Assembly (NCBI GenBank): GCA_964016885.1
Contig: OZ024758.1
Location: forward strand, 11,532,001 to 11,596,000
Origin: Eledone cirrhosa
Lineage: Eukaryota
Direction of reading: 5' to 3'
Length of the DNA: 64,000 bases
Made by a program: the position numbers and the translations under genes. Shown here piece after piece: positions 43,065 through 57,250 of the stretch (its first letter is position 1; each line of letters begins with the position of its first letter). The notes beneath the pieces are model-generated. The model was not told the origin of the DNA. It saw only the letters and a list, made by a program, of their open reading frames with translations, and did no database searches.

Positions 43065-43557
43065 ACTCACATACATATATACGTTGCTGCATGTGTGGGG
43101 AGTTGTGAGTGTTTTCTCTAACATGTAACTCATTCCAGAAGAGTAAAGAGAGAAGTAGTCGGAGGAGGTAGAGATAAAAAAGAATAAATAGCAAATCTTA
43201 ATCTTACTTATTGTAAGCTGTTATCTAAGCTACACCGTATGTGTAACTATTATGTAATGTAAACTGTGTTCTGATGTAATACTGACCAGCACAAAGGTCT
43301 CACCAGAGTTATAACTATTTAAGAGATCGAACGTACAATAAAAGGTAAATATTCGATTAAGTACTGTGGATCATCCTATACTTCATTTACATAGATTTAT
43401 TCCATTGGCCCCCTAGAATTAATTCTCTTAGCTCAGTTAGTATGACAATTATCACTGGCTAAAATTCCTCGAAACTGTTTTCTTTATGTAAAATCTTTAC
43501 CAAATAACTAAGCAGGCTTCAGTTTGGTTATACTACAATCGTACGTCTGCACCTGTC

Positions 43558-44590
43558 TAGTCTAGGCTTCCACTGGGTACATGTTCAATGATTATGTCGA
43601 AGTGTATACGTCCTAGGATTGTCATTTGGTTTATCTTCTAAGAATGTGTCTTAGAATTGAGTTCAGTTATTGTTCTAAATTCACGTGTAGTTATATAGTC
43701 TAAGCTTGCACTGGGTACATGTTCAATGATTATATCGAAGTGTATACGACCTAGGATTGTCATTTGGTTTATCTTCTAAGAATGTGTCTTAGAATTGAGT
43801 TCAGTTATTGTTCTAAATTCACGTGTAGTTATATAGTCTAGGCTTCCACTGGGTACATGTTCAATGATTATATCGAAGTGTATACGACCTAGGATTGTCA
43901 TTTGGTTTATATTCTAAGAATGTGTCTTAGAATTGAGTTCAGTTATTGTTCTAAATTCACGTGTAGTTATATAGTCTAGGCTTGCACTGGGTACATGTTC
44001 AATGATTATATCGAAGTGTATACGTCTTAGGATTGTCATTTGGTTTATGTTCTAAGAATGTGTCTTAGAATTGAGTTCGTTTATTGTTCTAAATTCACGT
44101 GTAGTTATATAGTCTAGGCTTGCACTGGGTACATGTTCAATGATTATGTCGAAGTGTATACGTCCTAGGATTGTCATTTGGTTTATGTTCTAAGAATGTG
44201 TCTTAGAATTGAGTTCGGTTATTGTTCTAAATTCACGTGTAGTTATATAGTCTAAGCTTGCACTGGGTACATGTTCAATGATTATGTCGAAGTGTATACG
44301 TCCTAGGATTGTCATTTGGTTTATGTTCTAAGAATGTGTCTTAGAATTGAGTTCGGTTATTGTTCTAAATTCACGTGTAGTTATATAGTCTAAGCTTGCA
44401 CTGGGTACACGTTCAATGATTATGTCGAAGTGTATACGTCCTAGGATTGTCATTTGGTTTATGTTCTAAGAATGTGTCTTAGAATTGAGTTCGTTTATTG
44501 TTCTAAATTCACGTGTAGTTATATAGTCTCGGCTTGCACTGGGTACATGTTCAATATTTGTACCGAAGTATACACGTCCTAAGATTGTGT
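43558..44590. repeat. 138-bp minisatellite, about 7.5 copies
   Basis: Period 138 (43561, 43699, 43837). Each unit has an internal hairpin ttctaaga-atgtg-tcttagaa. Confidence 0.97.
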
Positions 44591-44994
44591 TTTAGTTTTT
44601 GTTTGTGTTCTGGGCTATACATTGCATGAAACAATGTAATTGTTTATTCGAAGATAATACACGCTAGTCTTATTGATATTACTGTTATTATTGGAGTTAC
44701 ATTGAAAATATAAATCAAGAATGTGAAGCCTATAGTTAGCATTGTTGCTAGTATGCTGCAGCTGCTTCAATAATATCCCTGCTGCAGCACTGAAACTAAT
44801 CTTGTCAATATATTGCAGATTGTTGTTTTGGCTTTTACAGATTACAAAAGACACGGTGTTAATAGTAGTTTTATTAAGCTTGCCGTTATAATCAGGTTCT
44901 AGGTGTTATATGAAGGCGGAGTAAAGATTGGGATATTGCAGCTTGCTATTCCAACCCAGTATCGATTTAATTATTATTAGATATAAAGTGTTAC

Positions 44995-45097
<103 letters not shown>

Positions 45098-45112
45098 CTG
45101 TATATATATATG

Positions 45113-45212
<100 letters not shown>

Positions 45213-45213
45213 T

Positions 45214-45345
<132 letters not shown>

Positions 45346-45352
45346 CGGGAAA

Positions 45353-45560
45353 GATGATTGTGATGGTGATGATGATGATGATGACGATAACGATGATGAT
45401 GATGATGATGATGATCATCATCATCACGATAACGACGACGATGATGGTGATGATGATGATGATAATGATGATGTTGATAATGATGATGATGGTGATGATG
45501 ATGATGATGATAATGATGATGTTGATAATGATGATGATGGTGATAATAATGAGTATAATG
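45353..45560. repeat. (GAT)n microsatellite
   Basis: Direct reading. Confidence 0.92.
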
Positions 45561-46265
45561 AGGCTGATACTATAATGGCTATGCCGCCGCCAATTTTCAA
45601 CAAAGATATTTTTGATAACGACTCTGAGATTTATAAATACAAATTCTATAAAGAATTGTAAGAGAAAATATAGTAATAGTATTTGTAGTTGTGGAAATAA
45701 TTATATTAATAGTGGTTCTGCGAGAAGTGAAAACAATCGCGAGAAAATATCGTTTACACTATATTAAACAACAGAGAATGAAGAGGCTGCGTATTTATTT
45801 CTTGTTTCCGTTTTTCTTTTGTATTGTAAAAGATTGTATTAAAGAGTGAATTGGGGAAAAAAAAACGCACTTAGAAATCTCAAGATTACAAATTTAGCAA
45901 ATATTGTCAGAATTAATCCATATGATTCTTTGTTAGTTTTAAACGTGTTGTATTTAGTTTTATCAGTAAAGAGATGAAAAGCTATCGATAAAGTCAGTTA
46001 AATAATGTAGTTTTAAAGAGTAGAGGTCAAATAGAACCAAAGAAATGTGGTAGAATTATATTTTAATGTTAGATTTTCTATTGTATATCAAGTACAGTAA
46101 TTTATAGATAATGTGAAGCTTTATAAATGTCGTTGGAGTAAATGATGTGAAAGTATTATATTTAATCTGAAGATATTTATAGATAATGTGAACCTGGGTA
46201 AAGTATTGGGTCGTTGGGTTAAACGACGTGAAGGTGTTACCTTTAATTTCAAGATATTTATATAT

Positions 46266-46387
46266 AATTGTTTCTATTTTTGGCACAACAGTATCGGCGG
46301 GATTTGAACTCAGAATGGCAAAGGCCATAACTCTATGCGTCAAAGCATGGTGTCAGATCCTCTACCGATACTACCAATCCACCGCCA
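46266..46387 (-). mobile_element. SINE family A with internal deletion, inserted in a short tandem repeat
   Basis: Tail is joined to head without the core. Flanks repeat taaacgacgtgaa..tgttacc.ttaatttcaagatattta. Confidence 0.8.
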
Positions 46388-46889
46388 TATTTATATAGTT
46401 AAACGACGTGAAAGTGTTACCCTTAATTTCAAGATATTTATATATAATGTGAACCTGTATAAAATATCAGATCTTTATGGGAAACCACATAAAGGGGTTA
46501 CCATTAATCCCATATTTATATGTAATGTGAACTTCTATATATCTCATATGAGGTTTCGTAGGTGTTTTAATGCTAAGGACTCTGGTTATCTTACGTTCTG
46601 TTTAACCTGAATATTAATTCATAATTTTTACACAGAACGTACTTGACTGAATCAACAGAAACGATAACATTAATTGTTTAATTAATCTTGCTGGAATGGG
46701 GAAAGTATTTTGGTTGGCCCAACGGGGTTTATACCACTCAAAATACTTATAACGAACGGTTGTTTGTAATTGTTCTTATGAATGAAAACTTATATTTTGT
46801 ATTACTATACTCCCCCTTACATTTGTCAATCTCGTGGATAAAACTAAAACTTATGAGTGGACAATTGTTACATCTTCGTAGCAGAAGCC

Positions 46890-46928
<39 letters not shown>

Positions 46929-46947
46929 AATATATAAGAATATATAA

Positions 46948-47010
<63 letters not shown>

Positions 47011-47039
47011 AATATATAAGTATATATAAGTGTATATAA

Positions 47040-47080
<41 letters not shown>

Positions 47081-47397
47081 TATATATAAGTATATATATA
47101 TATATGATTATTAAAGAAGTAATAACTATTGCTTCCTTACTAAATAAGGTACCTATGTTCTTGAGAGAGACTGAAACGTTTGTATTCTGGTATTTACTAT
47201 GATGTCTTTTAGCAGATGCTCTTACAATGTTTATGTGTTCTCGAATATGTAAATGGAACCGCCTATATAGAATGTCTATATAGGATGTGTTATGTTCAAC
47301 ACATTCCTAAAATATCACAGAGAGTCGGCTGTAGCGAACTTATCTGCATTTCCAATCGTGTTGTGGTTTATCAGTGTCTAAATCCTGCTAGGATCAA

Positions 47398-47946
47398 GGA
47401 ATCATAGTTTGGTCTTGGTTTAACTCTTTTTTTTTTTCGTTTTGAACAGGTAATCTTTTGGAAAATGTCGCAAGTGGATTCATAGTTTGGTCTTGGTTTA
47501 ACTCTTTTTTTTTTTTCCTTTTGAACAGGTAATCTTTTGGAAAATGTCGCAAGTGGATTCATAGTTTGGTCTTGGTTTAACTCTTTTTTTTTTTTCCTTT
47601 TGAACAGGTAATCTTTTGGAAAATGTCGCAAGTGGAATCCTAGTTTGGTCTTGGTTTAACTCTTTTTTTTTTTCGTTTTGAACAGGTAATCTTTTGGAAA
47701 ATGTCGCAAGTGGATTCATAGTTTGGTCTTGGTTTAACTCTTTTTTTTTTTCCTTTTGAACAGGTAATCTTTTGGAAAATGTCGCAAGTGGATTCATAGT
47801 TTGGTCTTGGTTTAACTCTTTTTTTTTTCCTTTTGAACAGGTAATCTTTTGGAAAATGTCGCAAGTGGATTCATAGTTTGGTCTTGGTTTAACTCTTTTT
47901 TTTTTTTCCTTTTGAACAGGTAATCTTTTGGAAAATGTCGCAAGTT
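47398..47946. repeat. 77-79-bp minisatellite, 7 copies
   Basis: Unit gattcatagtttggtcttggtttaactc(t)n ccttttgaacaggtaatcttttggaaaatgtcgcaagtg. Confidence 0.96.
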
Positions 47947-48004
47947 TTATGGTTAATCGTAATTTTCATCTATTAGATCTAAATGTCTTTCTTAAGCCAG
48001 AAGG

Positions 48005-48212
48005 CTCGTTAGGCTGGTGGTTATCCTGGTTTCATGGCATCAAGTGACTCAGAGTATAAAACTACTCTCTGGACAGAATGCCAGTTCATCGCAGCGTTAA
48101 AACCCCCAGATATTACTGGTACTCATTTTCAGCTGAATATACTGGAGCAACGTGACATGAAGTGGTTTGCTCAAGAACAAAACACGCAACCCAGCCCAGG
48201 AATCGATCCTTG
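48005..48212 (-). mobile_element. SINE (family B-related head, different body)
   Basis: ctggagcaacgtgacatgaagtggtttgctcaagaac...caggaatcgatcc, with the B-box on minus. Confidence 0.65.
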
Positions 48213-48322
48213 ATCACTTTGTACGTTAATCGAACTCAAGTACTTCTATTCGTGAGCCAACACATCAATCATTAAGCAACATATATGTGGGTTTGTGCGA
48301 GTGTGTGCATATGATGCATGCG

Positions 48323-48356
<34 letters not shown>

Positions 48357-48367
48357 CATATATATAC

Positions 48368-48421
<54 letters not shown>

Positions 48422-48432
48422 ATACATATACA

Positions 48433-48493
<61 letters not shown>

Positions 48494-48497
48494 ATAC

Positions 48498-48626
<129 letters not shown>

Positions 48627-48629
48627 CAT

Positions 48630-48678
<49 letters not shown>

Positions 48679-48733
48679 TATATATATATTTATATATATG
48701 TCTGTGAGCATGTATATATATATGTGAGTATGC

Positions 48734-48767
<34 letters not shown>

Positions 48768-49171
48768 ATGTATATATATATATATATGTGTGTGTGTGTA
48801 TGCGTGCGTGCTTCTGTCTGTGTGTGTATGCTTTCATGCTTCCGTGTGTATGTGCAGGAATATAGCTTATATTTTCGTAGAATGATGAGAGGCATATCAG
48901 TGAATGCAATTAATATCAAAACATTTGCTCTCCTCTATTCTATCGGAATGTTTCCCATATTTGTCATGACTGGGTGATCAGGTTTGTAATAAGTTTTCTA
49001 CAATATTTATTCTGCATACTTTGCACGTTCTTTATCATCATGGACGTCATACAATTCACGTTGAATTTGCCAGCATTTACAAATGATAAATATTGTTTTG
49101 TTTTTCTTATAAACTGATATAAATGTCGGGGCATGGAGTTTTACGAGATAAAAACTTGTAATATTTACTAG

Positions 49172-50556
49172 ATATATCAACTTTCCCCCAATAGGCATAC
49201 AGCAGACCGTCTGTTTGGATAGGCAGAAAACCAGGTCACTTTTTCGAGTATCGTTAGTCTTTTTCTATGAGAGCCTCTAATAAGTTGTGACAGTTATTAT
49301 TTTTAGTTACGTCCCTTTACGATCTATATATCAACTTTCCCCCAATAGGCATACAGCAGACAGCCTGTTTGGATAGGCAGAAAACCAGGTCACTTTTTCG
49401 AGTATCGTTAGTCTTTTTCTATGAGAGCCTCTAATAAGTTGTGACAGTTATTATTTTTAGTTACGTCCCTTTACGATCTATATATCAACTTTCCCCCAAT
49501 AGGCATACAGCAGACAGTCTGTTTGGATAGGCAGAAAACCAGGTCACTTTTTCGAGTATCGTTAGTCTTTTTCTATGAGAGCCTCTAATAAGTTGTGACA
49601 GTTATTATTTTTAGTTACGTCCCTTTACGATCTATATATCAACTTTCCCCCAATAGGCATACAGAAGACAGCCTGTTTGGATAGGCAGAAAACCAGGTCA
49701 CTTTTTCGAGTATCGTTAGTCTTTTTCTATGAGAGCCTCTAATAAGTTGTGACAGTTATTATTTTTAGTTACGTCCCTTTACGATCTATATATCAACTTT
49801 CCCCCAATAGGCATACAGAAGACAGCCTGTTTGGATAGGCAGAAAACCAGGTCACTTTTTCGAGTATCGTTAGTCTTTTTCTATGAGAGCCTCTAATAAG
49901 TTGTGACAGTTATTATTTTTAGTTACGTCCCTTTACGATCTATATATCAACTTTCCCCCAATAGGCATACAGCAGACAGTCTGTTTGGATAGGCAGAAAA
50001 CCAGGTCACTTTTTCGAGTATCGTTAGTCTTTTTCTATGAGAGCCTCTAATAAGTTGTGACAGTTATTATTTTTAGTTACGTCCCTTTACGATCTATATA
50101 TCAACTTTCCCCCAATAGGCATACAGAAGACAGCCTGTTTGGATAGGCAGAAAACCAGGTCACTTTTTCGAGTATCGTTAGTCTTTTTCTATGAGAGCCT
50201 CTAATAAGTTGTGACAGTTATTATTTTTAGTTACGTCCCTTTACGATCTATATATCAACTTTCCCCCAATAGGCATACAGAAGACAGCCTGTTTGGATAG
50301 GCAGAAAACCAGGTCACTTTTTCGAGTATCGTTAGTCTTTTTCTATGAGAGCCTCTAATAAGTTGTGACAGTTATTATTTTTAGTTACGTCCCTTTACGA
50401 TCTATATATCAACTTTCCCCCAATAGGCATACAGAAGACCGTCTGTTTGGATAGGCAGAAAACCAGGTCACTTTTTCGAGTATCGTTAGTCTTTTTCTAT
50501 GAGAGCCTCTAATAAGTTGTGACAGGTATTATTTTTAGTTACGTCCCTTTACAATC
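49172..50556. repeat. 154-bp minisatellite, 9 copies
   Basis: Period 154 (49181, 49335, 49489). Each unit ends in SINE-derived tagttacgtccctttacgatct. Confidence 0.97.
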
Positions 50557-50790
50557 TGAGTTCAAATCCCGCCGAGGTTGACTTTGCCTTTCATCCTTAC
50601 GGGGTAGATAAAATAAAGTACCAGTAATGCACTGGGTAATTGCTGGTCTTGTGCCTAAAGTAGAAACAATTATTTTTATTTTCACTGCGCTGGTGGATTG
50701 GCAGTAGAATCGGTAGAACGTCGGACAATATACTTTGCTGCATTTAGTTACGCCCCTTTACGTACTGAGTTCAAATTCCGCCGAAGTTAG
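50537..50790 (+). mobile_element. 5'-truncated SINE A followed by a second SINE A head
   Basis: 50537-50675 is the family A body and tail. 50690-50790 is a head. Confidence 0.88.
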
Positions 50791-50849
50791 ATGAGTGGTA
50801 GTTCACTACTCATCCAGGGTATTGTGCTGATACATATATCGACAGTCGA

Positions 50850-51043
50850 TCGACTTTCGTCAAATCAGAGCGAGGAAACAGTGTTTCCATTGGTGTTTCC
50901 AATTTGTCTTGGTCGCAACTCCAGGTAGAAAGAACAACGTGAAATAAAGTGACTTTCCCAAGAACATAACACATCGTCCGGTCCGGGAATCGAACTCATG
51001 ATTGCGAATCCAATTGTCTAACCACTCAGCCACGCGCCTTCAC
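50850..51043 (-). mobile_element. SINE family B
   Basis: Same family as 38365-38555. Confidence 0.8.
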
Positions 51044-51212
51044 GTTGATATATCGTTTAAATATATATATATATATATATATATAAACACACCGAACATT
51101 ATAATAAATGTTCGTTGAATCCATACGTACATATATATATGTATGCATGTATGTATATATATATACATACTACTGTACGTCTGTATACATATATGTATGT
51201 ACGTATACATAC

Positions 51213-51263
<51 letters not shown>

Positions 51264-51371
51264 TACGTATATATATATATATACATATATATGTATATAT
51301 ATATATATATATACATATATATGTATATATATATATACATATATATGTATATATATATATATATATACATA

Positions 51372-51542
<171 letters not shown>

Positions 51543-51567
51543 GTATATATATATATACATATACATA

Positions 51568-51740
<173 letters not shown>

Positions 51741-52501
51741 GTATATATATATATATATAAATGTTTGTGTGTGTCTATATCACTGGTCACATACTATGTA
51801 ATGGTTTTATAATCATAAAACAAAAAAGCTAGAGATACTGGAATATAACATCAACAGTCTTAATCCAGCTTTGTTGCATTAGAAAACCTTCATTATCCCA
51901 CATTCCTATTGTAATATTACACCTGGATAAGGTGCGAAACGAGAAATCTCTGTGGTTATCTTATAACATATATAAAACTATTGTTATCACAAACCATTCC
52001 CATGTGATGAAATATTATATAAATAGAAGTACTGAAAATATAAATAAGGAAGCAAAAATGTAAAGTATGATATGTATATACTTAATAGCCAAAATCTCCA
52101 TTCACCTACCCAACGAATATAATATTTTGACACCTGCTAGAACAGCTAACGACCCTAGCAAACGACAGCTAAACCTGAGCTCATATCTCCAAGCTAAATG
52201 CAATAGCATTGATAAAAACAACACTATTTTCTTCAATTATCTAATTGCTAAACCCATCAGATAACAACAACGCCATCAGCAACAATAAAATCAGAGACAA
52301 AAACATACTTTAACGTTTCTACCGACCACCTATGCATTATCATCAAAGCATACATAAATAGACAGATATATACCTATAAACATACATACATATATACATA
52401 AATACATAAATACATACATGCATACATACATAGATACATAGATACATATATACATATAAACATGCATACATATATACATACAAATATTCATACATACATA
52501 A

Positions 52502-52876
52502 ATGGTGGCTGCCAACTCGTTTTCGAGTACGGCCACTACTTTATATCCATGTAGGAGAACCCCTACCGATGCGCTGAACGAGTGTGACTTTTTAGTCCAG
52601 CCAGCGACTTGAACACTCTGGTACAAACACTACACTTGTGACAATTATTGACACATAGTGCTGGGCCCATGGTACCATGTGACGACAAGTGCAGAGAGAT
52701 CTCCAGATATAAAGCAATGCCTGTGCCGTGAAGCTTTTATAGTGAGCAAAGGCACTGGTAACATGTATCCCAGTACAACCTGTCTCATGGTCGGGTCGTT
52801 GGCGACTAAACTAGCAACACCACCAAGGTTTCCTGGTGAGGAGGGTGACTTTGGAAATCCTGCAGGACTAAAAACA
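52502..52876 (-). mobile_element. inverted and deleted copy of the 29335-29938 element
   Basis: 52502-52755 is the reverse complement of 29686-29938. 52753-52876 equals 29357-29479 in direct orientation. Confidence 0.85.
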
Positions 52877-53807
52877 TACATAAATATATACATATATACA
52901 TACATTCGTACATTACATACATGAACAAAAGAAGATACACACATACATACATAAATACATACATAGATACACACATAGATATAAACATGCATACATATAT
53001 ACATACATGCGTACATACATGAACAAAAGAAGATACATCTTCAAAATACCCGGCGGAACAACTTTCAACAAGTGACAGAAATACATTTTACAAAATTCAA
53101 AAAGACATTCATGAAATTTCCAATAGAAAACTATTCAACGAAATAGTTATACATTTGGTAGCATATGTTAGAAATGCGTAATGGATGCAAATTACACAAC
53201 TGAAATAGCCAAACTGAAGCTAACAATTATACAAAGAAAAATATCAACAAAACAAAACAAAACAAAACAGCAAAAGAAACTAAAAACAACGTTTAACATA
53301 ACAATGAATACTACAGGAAACAGAAATAAAACAGATAAAGCGACTTAAGAACTACAATTAATTAAAAAGCTTGTAAACATCTGTATCAAACATCCTGAAC
53401 AAGAAGGCAGACAGTATATAAAATAATTAGCACCATAAACTACCATAACAATCGCTAATCCACTTCAAATGTAACAATAACACTTATTAAAGAAATCAAT
53501 TTTATACAGTTCTGTGTTTCTCTAATGTCTCTTTAGATTTAGATTTATCTGATCTGAACAGAACAGCTTCGAGTTTTGTTCCTTGGTTTTTGATGCAGTT
53601 ATTGGTAGAGTTCCAGTTTACTTAGCTTGAGAAATGAGTTGCGACTGAAGGGAGTCCTACGTTGTGTCGTATCAGCCATTACCTTTCCCTTGGGCAACAT
53701 CATATATATCGCATATGCAGTACATACACACACAGACACACGCGCACACACACACACGCACACGCACACAGACACGCACGCACGCACGCACGCACACACA
53801 CGTACAC

Positions 53808-53845
<38 letters not shown>

Positions 53846-53854
53846 GCGCACACA

Positions 53855-53975
<121 letters not shown>

Positions 53976-54049
53976 TTCGAGGAAACGACAAAACAGAGAG
54001 AACAAATGTCATATTAGTTTCACGCATGGAAAAGGGAAATGAAGTTAGT

Positions 54050-54312
54050 TGCATGTCACTGGTGCCAAGCTGTATCGGCTTTTACCTTGGGCTTTGATAC
54101 AGTTATTGGTAGAAATGAGATGCCATGTCACTGGTGCCAAGCTGTATCGGCTTTTACCTTTCCCTTGGACACCATCAGTACTGTAGAGAGAGGAGACTGG
54201 TAATGCATGGTCGACTGCTGGTCTCTGGTATTTTACAAACAACCTTACCCAGACTTGTGTCTGTGAGGAGAACTTTCTAGGTGCCAAACCCATGGTCATT
54301 CGTGACCAAAGC
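54050..54312 (+). mobile_element. SINE 3' body with partial internal duplication
   Basis: gtcactggtgccaagctgtatcggcttttacc occurs twice, then ...aactttctaggtgc..cccatggtcattcgtgacc. Confidence 0.6.
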
Positions 54313-54435
54313 GTTTTTTTTTTTATTTCTAGCATCGAACATATGAACATTTATATGAACATTTGCAGATCACTTGAGTTGTAGAGATTCGAACATAAAC
54401 GTGAAACAAATGCTGCTTAATAGTGATTACGTCCA

Positions 54436-54625
54436 GTAGAGCATCGGACAACATGCTTAGCAGCATAGAGTTATGGCCCTTTATGTTCTGAGTTCAAATC
54501 TCGCCGAGGTTAGCTTTGCCTTTCATGCTTACGGCATCGATTAAATAAGGTACCAGTAATTCACTGAGGTCGACGTTCCCTTGCTTCAAAATTGCTGGCC
54601 TTGTGCCTAAATGAGAAACCATTAA
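54436..54625 (+). mobile_element. SINE family A, diverged
   Basis: Family A consensus. Confidence 0.82.
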
Positions 54626-54830
54626 TCAAACATACCATTGAAAATGTAATCTTCACTCCAATAAGAAATATTCCATATTACAAGTACATGACATTCAGGT
54701 AATATAAATACGAAAAATCAATGTTCAAATTTCAGTCTGTTATTTGTATGTTTATTCCCTTCATTATATATTTTATATTTAATTTTAAATATATATCATG
54801 TTCTCCATTTTCTTTCTTTCTTTCTTTCTG

Positions 54831-54897
<67 letters not shown>

Positions 54898-55520
54898 GTC
54901 TGTCTTTCGTTCTTTCTACCATGAACTTTTTACAAGTTTATTTTCTCGTTTTCTCGTTTTCCCTTTTACGTATTTTGTTCAACTTCCATTCCTTTATTTC
55001 CTAATGTTCCTCAATGTTTCCATTCACTATTTTTAATTAATAGATTTTTGTTTCCAACTATATTTTATCTTTATTTTTCTTTCAACCATTAATGTTATTT
55101 TCAAATTCTTTCTTATTTCTTTTCATGCGTTTACCACATGTTTGTATAACTGACAACACGCATCGTACAAAACTAATTCCAATCCGACTTGTTAAAATAA
55201 AACTCCTCCTGAAATTTCTTCTTCCACTTGGTAAGTTTAGAAGAAGTTAGATTTGCTTTTAAAGTTTTAATATAAACACTACGCGTGGAAGTTTTCTGTT
55301 TACCTTTGCTTTCATACGTGATCCCAATCCTAAGCAATGAAAATAACCCTATCCTCGCCAAAACCTGAAACATATATGCCCAGTTGACCCCATTTATTCT
55401 TAAAAACGTGCAAATAGTGGTTTAAAGGCATACCACATTGCTATTATCGGTACGATGTTAGTAAAGGTATCATACGAATCTAGCACACAGACACACGTAC
55501 ACTTCTATACACACATATTA

Positions 55521-55581
<61 letters not shown>

Positions 55582-55616
55582 TATTGAAGCTTGCTTGAAG
55601 CATTGTGGAATAATAA

Positions 55617-55869
55617 GGTAAATTTCTTTAAGTCGTTTGGAAGCCTCGATAATGCAGATGGATAAATCTCTGGGTAACAAGGTCCGGTGGTGGAGAGAGA
55701 GATGTAAGTGGGTGTACGTTGAGATGCGTGTGGCGTGTTTAAGACTTATACACGCCACGCATCTCAACGTACACCCACTTATATCTCTCTCTCCACCACC
55801 GGAACTTGTTACCCCGAGATTTACCCATCTGCAATGTCAAGGCTTCCAAACGACTTAAAGAAATTTACC
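55617..55869. repeat. about 250-bp palindrome with 1-nt loop
   Basis: Centre taag-A-ctta at 55744. Arms run ggtaaatttctttaagtcgtttggaagcc.../...ggcttccaaacgacttaaagaaatttacc. Confidence 0.95.
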
Positions 55870-55901
55870 ATATATATATACATACATATACATACATACA
55901 T

Positions 55902-55947
<46 letters not shown>

Positions 55948-56118
55948 TAAGAAATGAGGCACAAATACATTTTTATTAGAAAGAATACCAGCTTGTTAAA
56001 CATAAATTTGAAAACATTGCAATAAACTGGCTTTTGTGAGTCAGAACTATGTTTGAAGATGACTTCCCCTTATAAGAATTAAATAGAAACACATGCTAAG
56101 ATATATATATATACACTG

Positions 56119-56179
<61 letters not shown>

Positions 56180-56483
56180 AACATCCTTATCTATCAAATA
56201 AAACAAATATCAGCCTATGATGTTTGCAATCTTCACGTTCTAACTATTAGCTTCCTCAAATGAGATATTTCAGAATTGTGCTAGTACTACCATCACTACC
56301 ATTAACCATGCCTCTACGTGGATTGTGTTCAACAGAGTAAATTACGAAATGTCTGTTACTTAAATAGTTTCTCCATTGATTTAGAAGTAAACGTATATTG
56401 TATACCCCGAGGAATATGAATGCTCATTGCAATATTTTGTAATATAAAATATACACAGTTTATAATTTTTTATACACAGCTTA

Positions 56484-56670
56484 TAATTGTTTCTACTTTT
56501 GGCACAAGACTACAATTACCCAGTACATTACTGGTACTTTATTTTATCGACGCCGTAAGGATGAAAGGCAAAGTTTACCTCGGCGGGATTTGAACTCAGA
56601 ATGGCAAAGGTCGTATCTCTATGCGTCAAATCATGGCGTCAGACCCTCTACCGATACTGCCAATCCAGCG
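56484..56670 (-). mobile_element. SINE family A, full length
   Basis: Reverse complement of the family A consensus. Confidence 0.88.
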
Positions 56671-57090
56671 GTTTATAATGTCAATTGGTTGACAGAAAGT
56701 ATCATTCAATTGTTCAGATATAGCCGTAAAACATTAAACTATTTATTATTAATAGAAATAAAAATCATATATTTTCCATTAATTATTAATCACTTTAGCT
56801 AGCCATAAGGTAAACAGATTTTATATTTTATGAGAATATGTGTGTTATGCTTAACGAAATTGATAATTTTGGTCCTTACGTTTTCCAAGGTAAATGTTAC
56901 TGCAGAGTTACATTTTTAATTAGCTGCTGAAACAAATTCATAGTAAATTAGGAAATGAGGGTCTACAGGAACATAGCTAAATACCATATGGTATTTCGTG
57001 CATTTCTCTATCGTTACTGACATGCTACTTAACACTTTTATTGGTATCTTATATAGATGCAAGAAGACCAAACAGTGTAGGTCAAGGAGT

Positions 57091-57250
57091 CAGACCTGTC
57101 AACTTTTCCCGTCCGACGGTTAGATCCCCCTCCCACTTTGGGTTGGATGAGAGATGTCTTCTCTTTTGAAAATGGGTATAGTTTTCAGCTTTCATTATGT
57201 AAAATCTCCCCATTTGGCCTCATTTCTCCCCGTTTTGGGGGTACTTTCTT
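57091..57250. mobile_element. truncated copy of the 14425-14632 MITE
   Basis: cagacctgtcaact...gagagatgtcttctctt...cattatgtaaaatctccccattt matches the reverse complement of 14480-14632. Confidence 0.75.
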
